From the NCBI GenBank assembly GCA_965248435.1, contig OZ252100.1, positions 3,168,001 through 3,232,000 on the forward strand: 64,000 nt of DNA. Reading direction: 5' to 3'. Shown one piece after another: positions 19,469 through 29,935 of the stretch; the first letter of the stretch is position 1, and the number at the start of each line of letters is the position of its first letter. This DNA comes from Candidatus Latescibacterota bacterium (GTDB lineage Bacteria > Latescibacterota > UBA2968 > GCA-2709665). The notes beneath the pieces are model-generated. The model made no database searches. It worked only from the letters and a program-made list of their open reading frames with translations, and was not told where the DNA came from. The position numbers were made by a program, and so were the translations under genes.

Positions 19469-20746
19469 TCATCCAAACTTTGTCAGATGCTCGTAGAACC
19501 AGGAGACGGGAAGCCCCAAACATACGTCGGCCCTGTAGGGTTCCGTCTCCTCCTGGGTCAATTCATATCCCGGTCTGCCCTGCTCGTCGATGATGTAAAG
19601 TTCTCTTTTCGCCGTTCGGTAACGAACGATCGCCGTCTCATTCCAGAAATCCAGGAAGGGATAGGTCGCCTCCATATCGTTGGCCGGAAGTCTGGAGGCT
19701 TTAAGCATGGCCCGGTAGGTTCCCGGCAGGGGTGGTTCCACGTAGGTCCGGTCACCTTCCTGCTGGAAGGTGGAGAAGACGTTCCGGCTGTGGCTCCAGG
19801 TGGCCCCGCCATTCATGCTGACGGCGGTGGAGATGCGGTGGCGCTGAAAACCCCGCTGCGTCTCGTCTGGGGAGGACTGATTCCAGATAATGAGCAGGTG
19901 ATCCGATCCCGGCATCCGGCCGATGGCGGCCGGCGCGAGCGACGAGGCCAGGCTTGTCGGCTCGGGGAGGCTCCAGGTGTCGCCGTTATCGTTCGACCAG
20001 GACTGGTAGAGCCTTCCCAGGGGGGTGCGGAGGATCATCAGGAGATGCTCAGGACTCACTTCAACGACCACCGGCTCGTTGGCCCGGTAGTGGCCTCCTG
20101 CGGATTCGTCCAGCGTGACAAAGAGCTCTCCTCCGCCGGCCCAAACCCCCTTCTCGCGATTCGGCTGCCAGGTGGCCCCCTCGTCGTCGGAGTGATAGAT
20201 CCAGCAGTATGTGAAGAAGTTCTCGTAGCCGTGGTGTCCGATCAGGGCCAGGTCATCACCGAACAGGGCGCGGCCTTTCTCGCGCATCGTGCTGCCGACG
20301 AGCGCGTAGACGGGAGCGATGATGCGCCCCGTTGACGTGACGGTGACCCCGCTGTGCAACACCGAGTTGTTGTTGGGTTCACCGACATACGTCGGGGTGG
20401 ACCAGGTGGCGCCCTCGTCTTCAGATCGGGCAAACCAGTCCCGCTTCAAGTATCGCTCTCTTCCGGTCACCCGAAAGAACCCACCGAGGCTTCCGGACTT
20501 CAACCTGACGAAGTGTCGAAAAATGAGCTCGGCATCTTTACCGTCCTCCCATTTCATGGGCTCGGGATCGGCCCAGGTTTTTCCTCCATCCTCGGAAAGG
20601 CGCCTGCCGGAATCGGTCGACCACATCAACGAGCCTTCTTTGAGCTCGACAGTTGCACCGTAGTCGCTGCCGACGTGCAGAAAAAGGGCGTCCTCGGGCG
20701 TGAAGGACTTGACTTGATCGATGTATGCTTGATCGGCCATGGGCAT
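19469..20746 (-). CDS. Sialidase-like BNR-repeat protein
   Basis: Asp-boxes SEDGGKTW, SEDEGATW, SDDEGATW, SNDNGDTW, SMNGGATW. Confidence 0.85.
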   Translation of the reverse strand: MPMADQAYIDQVKSFTPEDALFLHVGSDYGATVELKEGSLMWSTDSGRRLSEDGGKTWADPEPMKWEDGKDAELIFRHFVRLKSGSLGGFFRVTGRERYLKRDWFARSEDEGATWSTPTYVGEPNNNSVLHSGVTVTSTGRIIAPVYALVGSTMREKGRALFGDDLALIGHHGYENFFTYCWIYHSDDEGATWQPNREKGVWAGGGELFVTLDESAGGHYRANEPVVVEVSPEHLLMILRTPLGRLYQSWSNDNGDTWSLPEPTSLASSLAPAAIGRMPGSDHLLIIWNQSSPDETQRGFQRHRISTAVSMNGGATWSHSRNVFSTFQQEGDRTYVEPPLPGTYRAMLKASRLPANDMEATYPFLDFWNETAIVRYRTAKRELYIIDEQGRPGYELTQEETEPYRADVCLGLPVSWFYEHLTKFG

Positions 20747-20758
20747 GACTCCCTGTAC

Positions 20759-22714
20759 TTACTCCTTTAAGAGGAATTCTTCCAGAAAAAGCGCGACAGC
20801 GTTCTCGTGATAGTCGCGATTCTGCTTTTTTCTGAAGCCGTGTCCTTCGTCGTTGAATAAGAGGTACCAGACCTGGCTGCCATTCTTCTTGATCGCATCT
20901 ACGATTTGCTCGGATTCGCCCGCGGGAACTCGCGGATCGTTAAGTCCCTGGGCGACGAACATAGGCCTGGTGATCCTGTGAGCGTTGGATGTAGGCGATA
21001 TGCGCGTCAGAAACTTCCGCATTTCAGGATCGCGCTCGTCGCCGTATTCCACCCGCCTCAAGTCGCGGCGGTAGCCTTTTGTGTTCTCCAGGAAGGTAAC
21101 GAAATTGCTGATGCCGACCGCTTCTGTGCCACACCGGATCCGATTGCCGAAACGGATCATGGAAGAGAGCACCATGTAACCACCGTAGGAGCCGCCCATC
21201 AGGGCGATACGATCGGCATCAAGTTCGGGCCGAGTTTGAATCCAATCGAGGAGGGCCCCGATATCCCTGACGGAGTCCTCGCGCTTGTAGCCGTTGTCCA
21301 GCTTCAAGTAACTCTTCCCGTAACCTGCCGAGCCGCGGACGTTGGGGGCCAGCACCGCCACGCCCAGTTCGGTGACATAGTACTGCGTGGTGGCCCTGAA
21401 GAATGGGCGGTACTGTATTTCAGGGCCACCGTGGATGTGAATCAGCACAGGATGTGGACCTTTGCCACGAGGCCTGTAGTAAAAGCAAGGAATTTTGCGG
21501 TCAAAGGTCGGGTAGTTCACCAACTCGGGCACGAGGAAGTTTCCCGTATCGAGTCCCCCTACTTCGCTGTAGGTCCAGCGCTCCAAAGCACCGTCACGCA
21601 GGTCCAGGACGTAGATGTCGCCCGGGGTGCGCGGTGTAACGATGCCCAGAGCAAGCCGGTTGTTGTCGGGATGGAATCTCAGCCCGCTTATCTGTCCGGC
21701 AGGAAGCCCCTTCACTGGCTCGTAGCGCAGGGAGGCTGTGTCCAGAAGGTAGACCCTGGAGATCCCACCTTCGTTCGTCGTAAACGCGAGTCGGTCACCT
21801 CGAGGAGACAGATGGAGTTCTCTGACATCCCAGGGGATATCCGGGGTGAGGTCGGTGAATTTCCTGATTTCGAGATCGTAATACTTTAGACGGTGGAACT
21901 CGCTGTCTTCATCGTGTACGATAAACAGACCCCGCCCGTGCTTCGCCCATCGGGCAGATCCATAGGCGACCCGCTCTTCTTTGGGATTGATTTGTTCCAG
22001 TTGGCGGGTTTCCACATCGAGGATGTAGTAGTACGACTCAGTGACCGACACGTACTTCTCGACGAGAATCGACCGGTCGTCGGGTGACCAGTCGACGGGC
22101 CCCCACGCCCCGCCTGCCTCCAGTAAACTCTTTGATTCGAGCGGATTTTCCATATCGACCAGCAGCAAATCCCAATCGCGCTCATTTCGTCGGGTGCTGT
22201 GGTAAACGAAACGATCTCCCTTGTTGGACCACTTCCCGCTCCCATTGCGGGAAGTGCTGTCCGACAGCATAGTATGGCGACCTGTGTGCATGTCGAACAG
22301 GAAGAGCTGGTAGGCCTCACTGCCAGCACTGTCCTTGCGGTAGAGGAATTCCCTTCTGGTCGGGCCTGGGCGTACGGTCACACCCCCAACGGGCTCCGGG
22401 AAGAAGGTGAGCTGCCGCCGAGCGCCGCCCGGTTCGTCCACAATGTGAATCTGCGAGGTCTCACCGAAGCGCGTCCCGATAAGGAGTGATTTGCCGTCAG
22501 GTGTCCAATCGTAGATCCAGGCGGAACGGGTATTCTGGTACTGTTGCATGCGATCGATAATACGCGCTGGGATTTCGGGAATGCCGTCGGTGACCCGATT
22601 CCCCTTCTCCAGGCGATCCGCCCGTAAGCCGAAAGGCTGGAAGAAGAGCGGGGCGAACGCGAGCAAGACGACGGTTGTCGATATCACGGGTTTTGCCATC
22701 AGATTCTCTGCCAC
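20759..22714 (-). CDS. S9 family (prolyl oligopeptidase/acylaminoacyl) peptidase, secreted
   Basis: HGGPE, GGSYGG, NDPRVP, DEGHG catalytic motifs. Confidence 0.95.
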   Translation of the reverse strand: MAENLMAKPVISTTVVLLAFAPLFFQPFGLRADRLEKGNRVTDGIPEIPARIIDRMQQYQNTRSAWIYDWTPDGKSLLIGTRFGETSQIHIVDEPGGARRQLTFFPEPVGGVTVRPGPTRREFLYRKDSAGSEAYQLFLFDMHTGRHTMLSDSTSRNGSGKWSNKGDRFVYHSTRRNERDWDLLLVDMENPLESKSLLEAGGAWGPVDWSPDDRSILVEKYVSVTESYYYILDVETRQLEQINPKEERVAYGSARWAKHGRGLFIVHDEDSEFHRLKYYDLEIRKFTDLTPDIPWDVRELHLSPRGDRLAFTTNEGGISRVYLLDTASLRYEPVKGLPAGQISGLRFHPDNNRLALGIVTPRTPGDIYVLDLRDGALERWTYSEVGGLDTGNFLVPELVNYPTFDRKIPCFYYRPRGKGPHPVLIHIHGGPEIQYRPFFRATTQYYVTELGVAVLAPNVRGSAGYGKSYLKLDNGYKREDSVRDIGALLDWIQTRPELDADRIALMGGSYGGYMVLSSMIRFGNRIRCGTEAVGISNFVTFLENTKGYRRDLRRVEYGDERDPEMRKFLTRISPTSNAHRITRPMFVAQGLNDPRVPAGESEQIVDAIKKNGSQVWYLLFNDEGHGFRKKQNRDYHENAVALFLEEFLLKE

Positions 22715-22725
22715 CCTCCGATGCG

Positions 22726-23160
22726 TTACTTGACTTCGATCAGCTGCACCTCGAAGATCAGGGTCGCGTTCTTCGGGATCGCCGGTGGATGACCTCCAGG
22801 TCCGTAGCCCAATGCGGGAGGGACCTTCAGGTGCCGAATACCTCCGACCTTCATGGTCATCACACCCTCGTCCCAGCCCCTGATGACCCTCCTGCGCCCG
22901 ATCTCGAAGCTGAAGGGCTTCTTCTTCACGACCGAGCTGTCGAATCGCTTGCCGCTCGTCAGCCAGCCCGTGTAGTGAACCACGACTTGCTTACCCTTGA
23001 CGGGTGATGCGCCTCCGCCAGCCTTGAAGTCGAAATACTGCAGTCCGCTTTCCGTTTTCAGGTATTTCGACGGGTCGACAGGGGTTGGCGCTGCTGTCGA
23101 TACCTCCTCCTTGCTCTTCTCCTTCTCCGACCCTGAGAATAGACGGCTCAGCAGACCCAT
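22726..23160 (-). CDS. FKBP-type peptidyl-prolyl cis-trans isomerase
   Basis: VHYTGWL...FDSS...VIRGWDEG...LGYG...IPKNATLIFEV. Confidence 0.95.
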   Translation of the reverse strand: MGLLSRLFSGSEKEKSKEEVSTAAPTPVDPSKYLKTESGLQYFDFKAGGGASPVKGKQVVVHYTGWLTSGKRFDSSVVKKKPFSFEIGRRRVIRGWDEGVMTMKVGGIRHLKVPPALGYGPGGHPPAIPKNATLIFEVQLIEVK

Positions 23161-23170
23161 GACTGTCCTT

Positions 23171-23968
23171 TCATTGAGGTTTCTCGATCTTCCAGGATGA
23201 ATAGACTTCCTTTTCGTAAACGATCTCAAATCCTTTCCGACGCAGGTTACCCAGTGAGGTCTTCAACATGTAGAGCGTCTCGGTGAATATACGCTCGCAT
23301 CCGAGGTCCAACGCCTTGTTTACCCTCTCGACGATCAGGGCGCTCTGCCCGCCTCGGGAACGGTGACCTTCTGCCGTCCCTGCCAGCATCAGCAGGGCAG
23401 CGGCCTCCTTAACATAGAGTACGGCGGCTGACACGGGTCGCTGTCCGTCAAGCGCGACGTAGTGATGGAAGCCCGGCTTCCCACAGGTGTCGAGATAGAG
23501 CTTACTGAACTCTCCGTAAAAGGCGAGAAGATCATCGCGATAGCCAGAGAGCGTCCCTTTCTCGACCTGTCTGACGAGCAAGGTTGTGTCGTGTTTAGGA
23601 AGCTTATCGCCCGTGTAGATCAGCGTCGGATATCCTGTGCCCTGGAACCGGGAGAGTCCGGTTCGGGTGATCCAGGACCTGATTCTTTCCTCGTATGGAC
23701 AGGGGCTGAGCCACAGGAACCACTTCGAGACATCGGCTGCTCCAAACCGGACGGCGATTTCGTCCAGCTCGTCGTTCCGAGGCTCCTGCTCGCTGCCGAG
23801 AAACTTGGCTTGATTGTGATTCGTGGACGGGTAGTCTGATTGCCTCCCTGGATCCAGTGTGAGGTATCCACCGGCAAGGTCGATCAGCTCGGCACCCAGC
23901 ATGTGTCGATCGATTTCCCTGTAGATGCCTGTAAGCAGGTGTGCACAATAAGCGGGATCTTGCTGCAT
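23171..23968 (-). CDS. GNAT-fold protein
   Basis: AGTAEGHRSRGGQSALI acetyl-CoA motif; NLRRKGF. Confidence 0.75.
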   Translation of the reverse strand: MQQDPAYCAHLLTGIYREIDRHMLGAELIDLAGGYLTLDPGRQSDYPSTNHNQAKFLGSEQEPRNDELDEIAVRFGAADVSKWFLWLSPCPYEERIRSWITRTGLSRFQGTGYPTLIYTGDKLPKHDTTLLVRQVEKGTLSGYRDDLLAFYGEFSKLYLDTCGKPGFHHYVALDGQRPVSAAVLYVKEAAALLMLAGTAEGHRSRGGQSALIVERVNKALDLGCERIFTETLYMLKTSLGNLRRKGFEIVYEKEVYSSWKIEKPQ

Positions 23969-23983
23969 TTCCTTACCGGCAGT

Positions 23984-26044
23984 TTACCAGGTGACTCGAA
24001 ACTGTGTGAGCGCCGCTGCGCTTTCGCCTTTTAATAGGTCTTCGACGACGACGCGGAAGTTCCTGGGTCCCGGAGAGGTATCCTCCATATCCAGGGTCAA
24101 TCGATGTGTCTCCCAATCCCTGGACCCGCGATAAGTGGCCGAAACGGCTGTCAACCATTCTGGATCCGTCTGCGCCTGGACCTCGGGAAGGACCTGAACT
24201 TCGTATGTGAGTCGATAGTGCGTGCCGCCGAAGGCATCACGCGGCAGGTTGTATACCTCGAAGTAGAACGAAGCGCTGCTCTTCCGGGAGCACCGCTTCA
24301 GCGGGTTAGACAGGATTGCGAACTGGTCCCGACCATAGTTCCCTTCATCCCGTTCTTTGATTCTCAGGGCCATCAGCAGGCTGCTCACCTGCAGTGAATC
24401 GTATCCGAATTCATTCACCCTCAAGGTGTCTCTGAAGGTCCCCACGTTCCGAGTTTTCTGATCCTCCAGCTCACCCGCGAGGTAGTAGCTTCCGGGATCG
24501 AGCTCGAGCCGCTGGCTTGCCAACAGGAAATCCTGCTTCGTGGATTCATAGGTCACCAAGGGCAATCGACCGACACGATGGGTGTCATACACCAGGGAAT
24601 CCCATTCCGCGTCGAAGAGGAACAGGCCGTGCCGCAGGTCTACCTCACTGATCCCCGGAGCGAGTTGGCTGTTGGCGACTCGCTCGCTTTCGAGGGCGGA
24701 GTAGATCTCTACTGACGTCTTTCCCTCTTCTCCTCGGAATTGACCGATCTGATATGCGACGTCGTATTGAAACGGGTATTGATAGTGATCCGGAATGCGC
24801 TCTGTCAGCTCGGAAAAGCTTACCCTTCGTGGACCGATCTGCGCGTCGAATGAACTCCAGGAGTCATAGGAATTCATGTTTGTAAAATTGATGTGGAACG
24901 GTCCGTAATGCCAGATTTCCTTTCTCGGCTCAGAGTAGGACAGCGTCATGCTTCGGGTTATCGGATCACCGTAACGGATGTAGGCCTGTCCCCGATCGGT
25001 CTGCCAGCCCTCACGACCGTTAACCGGATCGGTGAACCGAAGGTTCGCGTAGGCAACCCGGCGGCACTGTTCCAGCATCCTCTCGTTCACCCGGGTCAGG
25101 AAGAGCGGGTCTCTCCCCAACCAGAATCTGCCGATGGCGACTTCGTCGGGCAGCGGGTCACCCCGCTCTTCAGCCTTCTTTCCCCTGAGCAAGAAGATCG
25201 ACTGCATGAACTGCCGATCTTCGTCGGACATCTGGCTTAATCCCTGCACATAGGCCCCATAGGCCGGGGCCAACTGTCCCTTCATCTGGTGGCCGAGTCC
25301 CACGAAGAAGTGGGCATCTCTGTTCCCTGGATGCCTCTGGCGATATGTCTCAAACAGGTTGATCAAAGGGTCTGGACGGTCTGAAACGAAGTAGGCCAGA
25401 CCGAGCTGTACGTGTGAAGGCCAGTGATCGGGATCTGCTCGGATGGCTCGGGACAGGAAGTCGATTCCGTCGTCCAGGTCCAGATCCTGGTACTCGGTGT
25501 GGAAACCTGTCCTCCCGGTCACGTAAGCGTCGTCCTCCTCTTCTCGCAGTTGATCTTCTTTGATGACGTCCGTGAAATAAGTCATCTCCCAGGACCAAAC
25601 CACGAAACGGGCCGTCCAGTAAAGACCCCAGACGTGATCCGGATCGATCTGGAGAACGCGGCGTGCCTCGGCGTAAGCCCTTGGACGCCGCAAACTGTAC
25701 CAATTGAGTTCCGCGAACGTGGCGATGTAGTCAGGATTCTCTCGCTCCCGGCCCATCGCCTTCTTCAGCCATTCGATTGCCTGCTGCCTGGACTGGGGTG
25801 TGCGCCTGTCTATGAGCAGCCGCGCTAGGGCGTGCATCGCCTTCCCTGAGCGGTCGTTTGAGATCGCCTTCTTTATCAGGTTCTCGCGGACGCGATCGTC
25901 AAGGGTGCCATCGGCCGCGGAGAGAAGGGAATCGACAGCCGCGGGACCTTTCCTGGCCGTTGCGGGCGTGGTCAGAAGGAGGGTCAAGAGGCCATAGGCC
26001 GCCCATCGGCCAGACGTGATGTGATGCGCGATTTCCGAAGCCAT
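23984..26044 (-). CDS. GWxTD domain protein with TPR repeats
   Basis: RVAYANLRF...EGWQTDRGQAYIRYGDP; N-terminal TPR-like helices; signal-like segment. Confidence 0.9.
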   Translation of the reverse strand: MASEIAHHITSGRWAAYGLLTLLLTTPATARKGPAAVDSLLSAADGTLDDRVRENLIKKAISNDRSGKAMHALARLLIDRRTPQSRQQAIEWLKKAMGRERENPDYIATFAELNWYSLRRPRAYAEARRVLQIDPDHVWGLYWTARFVVWSWEMTYFTDVIKEDQLREEEDDAYVTGRTGFHTEYQDLDLDDGIDFLSRAIRADPDHWPSHVQLGLAYFVSDRPDPLINLFETYRQRHPGNRDAHFFVGLGHQMKGQLAPAYGAYVQGLSQMSDEDRQFMQSIFLLRGKKAEERGDPLPDEVAIGRFWLGRDPLFLTRVNERMLEQCRRVAYANLRFTDPVNGREGWQTDRGQAYIRYGDPITRSMTLSYSEPRKEIWHYGPFHINFTNMNSYDSWSSFDAQIGPRRVSFSELTERIPDHYQYPFQYDVAYQIGQFRGEEGKTSVEIYSALESERVANSQLAPGISEVDLRHGLFLFDAEWDSLVYDTHRVGRLPLVTYESTKQDFLLASQRLELDPGSYYLAGELEDQKTRNVGTFRDTLRVNEFGYDSLQVSSLLMALRIKERDEGNYGRDQFAILSNPLKRCSRKSSASFYFEVYNLPRDAFGGTHYRLTYEVQVLPEVQAQTDPEWLTAVSATYRGSRDWETHRLTLDMEDTSPGPRNFRVVVEDLLKGESAAALTQFRVTW

Positions 26045-26157
26045 GGTTCGCTCCAGGTTCTTGCACAAGATTGTAATCCGGTTGAAGGTCCTGTAGCCTG
26101 GAGACGTTTGGCGGCGGGTTTTCGTTGCTCAAGAATCGCCCGGCAGGCAAAGCGGCA

Positions 26158-26799
26158 TCAGAACTCTGCCCAGTCGTCGGGCAGGGTCGGAATAAGCCAA
26201 TCTGCATCGGGACGCCAGTCAGGCCATGGTTCACAGAAGGGAGGGTCCCGCCGTTCGATTCGTTCGATGACGCGCTCGCCTTCAGCGCGGAGTGCAGCGC
26301 CCTCTTCCGAGGTGATCCAGCCGAGTTCCTGGATGGACTCGAAGTGATCCTCGTCTTTCCATCGCCACTGGAGGTCGGGTGTCACGACGATGTCGAGGGA
26401 GCGGTCCCAAGTAACGATCCCGTCTGAGGTTCGGCGGAAGCTGTCCTGTAAATCGATATACCAGCACTTTAACGGCCCGCCTCCCGCTTCCCACATGAGC
26501 GAAACGCCGTGGTTTGAGCCAGGCTCAAGAAGCTTCAGGACGTCGGTCGAGTGCCAGGTATGATCGTAGGGTCCGTCGAAGGTTCCGGAAGCAAAGTCGA
26601 TGTCGGAAAACTTTACCACGGTTCCGGCCCGCAGAAAGAGGATGAGGCGTTCAGGCGCATCCTGCACGACCGTGACGGGGTGCGCGTACCTGACTCGACC
26701 GCGAAACAGGTGGCGAATCAGGATTGGCGATCCGGGCTGCCAGTAATGGTCAGGTGTCTGTCGTGATCCTATACCATCGTCTTTATTCGGGGCTTTCAA
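26158..26799 (-). CDS. DUF402 family protein
   Basis: WYIDLQ...D.SLDIVV...WRWKDEDHF. Confidence 0.8.
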   Translation of the reverse strand: MKAPNKDDGIGSRQTPDHYWQPGSPILIRHLFRGRVRYAHPVTVVQDAPERLILFLRAGTVVKFSDIDFASGTFDGPYDHTWHSTDVLKLLEPGSNHGVSLMWEAGGGPLKCWYIDLQDSFRRTSDGIVTWDRSLDIVVTPDLQWRWKDEDHFESIQELGWITSEEGAALRAEGERVIERIERRDPPFCEPWPDWRPDADWLIPTLPDDWAEF

Positions 26800-27181
26800 A
26801 GCAGAGTTCGTAGCCGTCTGGATCGATGATGAATGTCTGGTTCATGTCGTAGAACGCAACGTGCGGTGGAGTTGCCTGGATGCCGCGTGCGGTAATCTCG
26901 CCGTGAACGGCGTTCGCGTTCTCGCACACGAAGTAGAAGGTGACCCCCTCAGCCTGTCCTACCCTGGCTATGTCTTCCTCCTCATCTGCGGCCTGCAGCA
27001 TGAGCGATGCTCCGCCGTGCTGGAGCCGACACCATTTAATCTGTCCGTTCGGGTTCCATTTGCTCGTCATTTCGAATCCGAGACCTTCACAGTAAAACTC
27101 TATGGACTGCGTAATATCGGAGACGAAGAGTAGAGGTACAGTCTCCTGGACTTTCGCTTTTGCTTCCCCTGGGACCGTCAT
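26783..27181 (-). CDS. VOC/glyoxalase family protein
   Basis: PLLFVSDITQSIEFYCEGLGF...DPDGYELCF. Confidence 0.88.
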   Translation of the reverse strand: MTVPGEAKAKVQETVPLLFVSDITQSIEFYCEGLGFEMTSKWNPNGQIKWCRLQHGGASLMLQAADEEEDIARVGQAEGVTFYFVCENANAVHGEITARGIQATPPHVAFYDMNQTFIIDPDGYELCFESPE

Positions 27182-27223
27182 TCGCTGTCCTCCGGATGAA
27201 TGTGAGGGACGTCGTTAGGGCAC

Positions 27224-27252
27224 TTGCAAATGTCCCTCTGTGGATATACAAT
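27224..27252 (+). promoter_or_regulatory. Sigma70 promoter upstream of the cupin gene
   Basis: TTGCAA-N17-TACAAT. Confidence 0.55.
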
Positions 27253-27347
27253 ATATCTCGCAAACCACAAGAATTGAATTGCAAATTGGCGGACCCACCC
27301 GTAACGCCGGCGGGCACCTAACAGACAGGATTGAAGGAGGTGGCGCT

Positions 27348-28181
27348 TTGGCTATCGTCCACGCCCGCGTGAGCTCGATGTCCCGCGAAGAGATGCGTAA
27401 GGAGGAGCATATACACGGGGGTGCAGGTTCGATCTTCCTGGCGGAGCTCTTCTCGGAGGAGGAATTTCAGACGCCCTGGTTTTTCCTTCATACGGCGATC
27501 CTTCCGCCCGGCGGGGGGATCGGCCACCACCGCCACGACGATTCCGAGGAGATCTTTATCACGATCGACAACGCTTCGCAGTTTACTCACAACGGACGAA
27601 CCGCAGAGGTGGTGGGAGGGGCAGCCGTGCCATTACGCGTCGGGGAGACACACGGGATCTACAACCACACGAATCAGGAGACGCGCTGGTACAACCTGAA
27701 GGTGATCGATCCCGAAGGGCAGCCGCTGTCAACTGATCTTGGAGATGACCGCGTTGGCGCGCCGCTCGAGTCGACGGACCGCCTGCCAGTGGGTCGGTTC
27801 GATCGCAGCCTGCTCGAATACGGTCGCTCGCACGAGGGAAAGGGAGAGATCGGGAGTCGAGGCATCTGGGGCCCCCAGGATTTCCGCACGAATATCTACG
27901 CAGTGAACCACGGTGTGTTGCCGCCGGACAGCTCGATCGGATACCACTGGCACGAAACGATCGAGGAGTGTTACGTGATCATGAACGGCAGCGGACGTAT
28001 GACCGTAGATGACGAGACGTTCGAAGTTTTTTCTAGCGATGTGGTTCTGAATCACCTGGGTAAGCGTCACGGGATCTACAACCACACCGATGAGGACCTG
28101 GAGGTCTTTACGGTTTCGGTCTCTATGAAGAAGGGGGAATACGACTGTACGGAAGTAGGAGAGGATCTGTCTAATCGATAA
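27348..28181 (+). CDS. Bicupin protein
   Basis: Two cupin repeats (IGHHRH..SEEIF...HGIYN and IGYHWH..IEECY...HGIYN); TTG start after AAGGAGG. Confidence 0.85.
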   Translation: MAIVHARVSSMSREEMRKEEHIHGGAGSIFLAELFSEEEFQTPWFFLHTAILPPGGGIGHHRHDDSEEIFITIDNASQFTHNGRTAEVVGGAAVPLRVGETHGIYNHTNQETRWYNLKVIDPEGQPLSTDLGDDRVGAPLESTDRLPVGRFDRSLLEYGRSHEGKGEIGSRGIWGPQDFRTNIYAVNHGVLPPDSSIGYHWHETIEECYVIMNGSGRMTVDDETFEVFSSDVVLNHLGKRHGIYNHTDEDLEVFTVSVSMKKGEYDCTEVGEDLSNR

Positions 28182-28390
28182 AGGGCTATAGGAAAAATTG
28201 CGGATTGCGGATTTGGGGTTGCGGAAGAAAAGGCTGGATCACGAAAGAACGCAAAATTCCGCGAAAACGACGAAATCATCAGAGTACGCGCGGCGGGCGC
28301 CGCACCTTTGAAGATTGTCCACGCGCGTGGAATCTTACTCTAACAACATTATTAACAATAACATGGTGAAAGTCTCTCCGCCGGGGCGTT

Positions 28391-28819
28391 CTAAGAGGGT
28401 ATGGCGGCGACGGCGGTGACTTCGGCGAGAGCCGCATCCGAGTAGAGCCCGTCGATGAGCAGCAGGGTACTCGGGGGAAAATCCTCGTCCGGGAACAACG
28501 CGTTTATGATCTTCGACCTCTCCTCAAGGAATGGCGGGACGTTTTCTCTTCCGACGATGTATGTCGTTAGCTGTACGACGTTGCCCCAGGATGCACCGGC
28601 GCTATCGAGGAGCCGCCCGATGTTGTCGTAGATTTGCCTGACCTGCGCCTTCATGTCACCCACGCCAACAAAGTTGCCCTCCGGATCGACCGCCACCTGA
28701 CCCGCCAGGAAGATCAGCTCAGCGCATTCCACGCGCGCGAGGTGTGAGTATTCCCCCACAGGCGTATGTACCGAGTCGGGATTCCGCCTTTCTATCTGTG
28801 CCATCGCTTGGTCCTCCAT
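28391..28819 (-). CDS. RidA/YjgF family protein
   Basis: YSH...LIFLAGQV...PPSTLL...EVTAVA. Confidence 0.88.
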   Translation of the reverse strand: MEDQAMAQIERRNPDSVHTPVGEYSHLARVECAELIFLAGQVAVDPEGNFVGVGDMKAQVRQIYDNIGRLLDSAGASWGNVVQLTTYIVGRENVPPFLEERSKIINALFPDEDFPPSTLLLIDGLYSDAALAEVTAVAAIPS

Positions 28820-28837
28820 TCAGAAAAGGTTCAGGCG

Positions 28838-29905
28838 CTAATCGAATACGAGCACTGAACGCGCAACCTTCCCCTGATTCATGTCGTCGAAGGCTTCGTT
28901 GATCTCGTCCAGCGGGCGGTAGCGCGAGATCAGTTCGTCCAGCTTGATCTTACCCTGTTTATACAGGTCCAGTATCCAGAGGAAGTCGATTCGAGGTCGG
29001 GCGCTGCCGTGATAGACTCCCATCAGCGTCCGATCGATCAACAGGTGAACGCCCGGGAATGAGACGTCTTCATCCGAAGGCTGTACTCCGATCATCACCG
29101 TGGTACCGGTCGTTCGAACGGAGTAGAGGGCCTGCCGCAGCAGCGCCGGCCAACCGACGACCTCGAAGGCGTAGTCCGCGCCCCCGCCGGTGATCTGCTT
29201 GATCCGCTCTACGGGGTCCTCTTTGGACGCGTCGACAAAATGCGTGGCGCCCATCTGCTCGGCCAACTCCAGCTTGTACGCCACGTTGTCGACCGCGATG
29301 ATCTTTCCGGCGGAGGCGAGGACGCCACCCTGGATGACGTTCAGCCCGACCCCGCCGCACCCGAAGACGGCCATCGTCGCACCCTGTTCGACCTTCGCGC
29401 GATTGACCACCGCGCCGATCCCGGTGATGACCCCGCAGCTGATCAGACAGGCCTTCTCCAGTTCCGTGTCGTCCGGCACCTTGACGCAGGCGTCTGCCGG
29501 AACGAGGGACTGCTCGGCGTAGGTGGGTCTGGCGTGGTAGACCGGCTCCCCGTCCTTCGTCATGCGTGACTGAGGATCCTTTGGATAGGTCTCGCAGAGG
29601 GCAGGCTTCCCGTTGCTGCAGTTCCGACAGTATCCGCACATGGGGTCGAGCGATAGGATAATCTTGTCGCCGGGGGTGACGCTGGTGACTCCGGGTCCGA
29701 CCTCTCTGATCACGCCGGCTCCTTCGTGACCCATGACCCAGGGCGTCTTCGCCACGGGCTCGTGTCCGTCGATGAGGTGGTAGTCGCTGTGACACACTCC
29801 CGCGCCAACCATGTCCAAAAGCACTTCGCCTTCCTGTAGCGCGTCGAGCTCGAGCTCGTCGATGGACAAGGGCGCGTTGGTTTCGTACATCACTGCTGCT
29901 TTCAT
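28838..29905 (-). CDS. Zinc-dependent alcohol dehydrogenase (class III-like MDR)
   Basis: GVCHSD, GHEGAG, CGYCRNC, GCGGVG. Confidence 0.93.
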   Translation of the reverse strand: MKAAVMYETNAPLSIDELELDALQEGEVLLDMVGAGVCHSDYHLIDGHEPVAKTPWVMGHEGAGVIREVGPGVTSVTPGDKIILSLDPMCGYCRNCSNGKPALCETYPKDPQSRMTKDGEPVYHARPTYAEQSLVPADACVKVPDDTELEKACLISCGVITGIGAVVNRAKVEQGATMAVFGCGGVGLNVIQGGVLASAGKIIAVDNVAYKLELAEQMGATHFVDASKEDPVERIKQITGGGADYAFEVVGWPALLRQALYSVRTTGTTVMIGVQPSDEDVSFPGVHLLIDRTLMGVYHGSARPRIDFLWILDLYKQGKIKLDELISRYRPLDEINEAFDDMNQGKVARSVLVFD

Positions 29906-29935
29906 TTGGACCCTCTCTTTCCTGGACCTGCCTCC

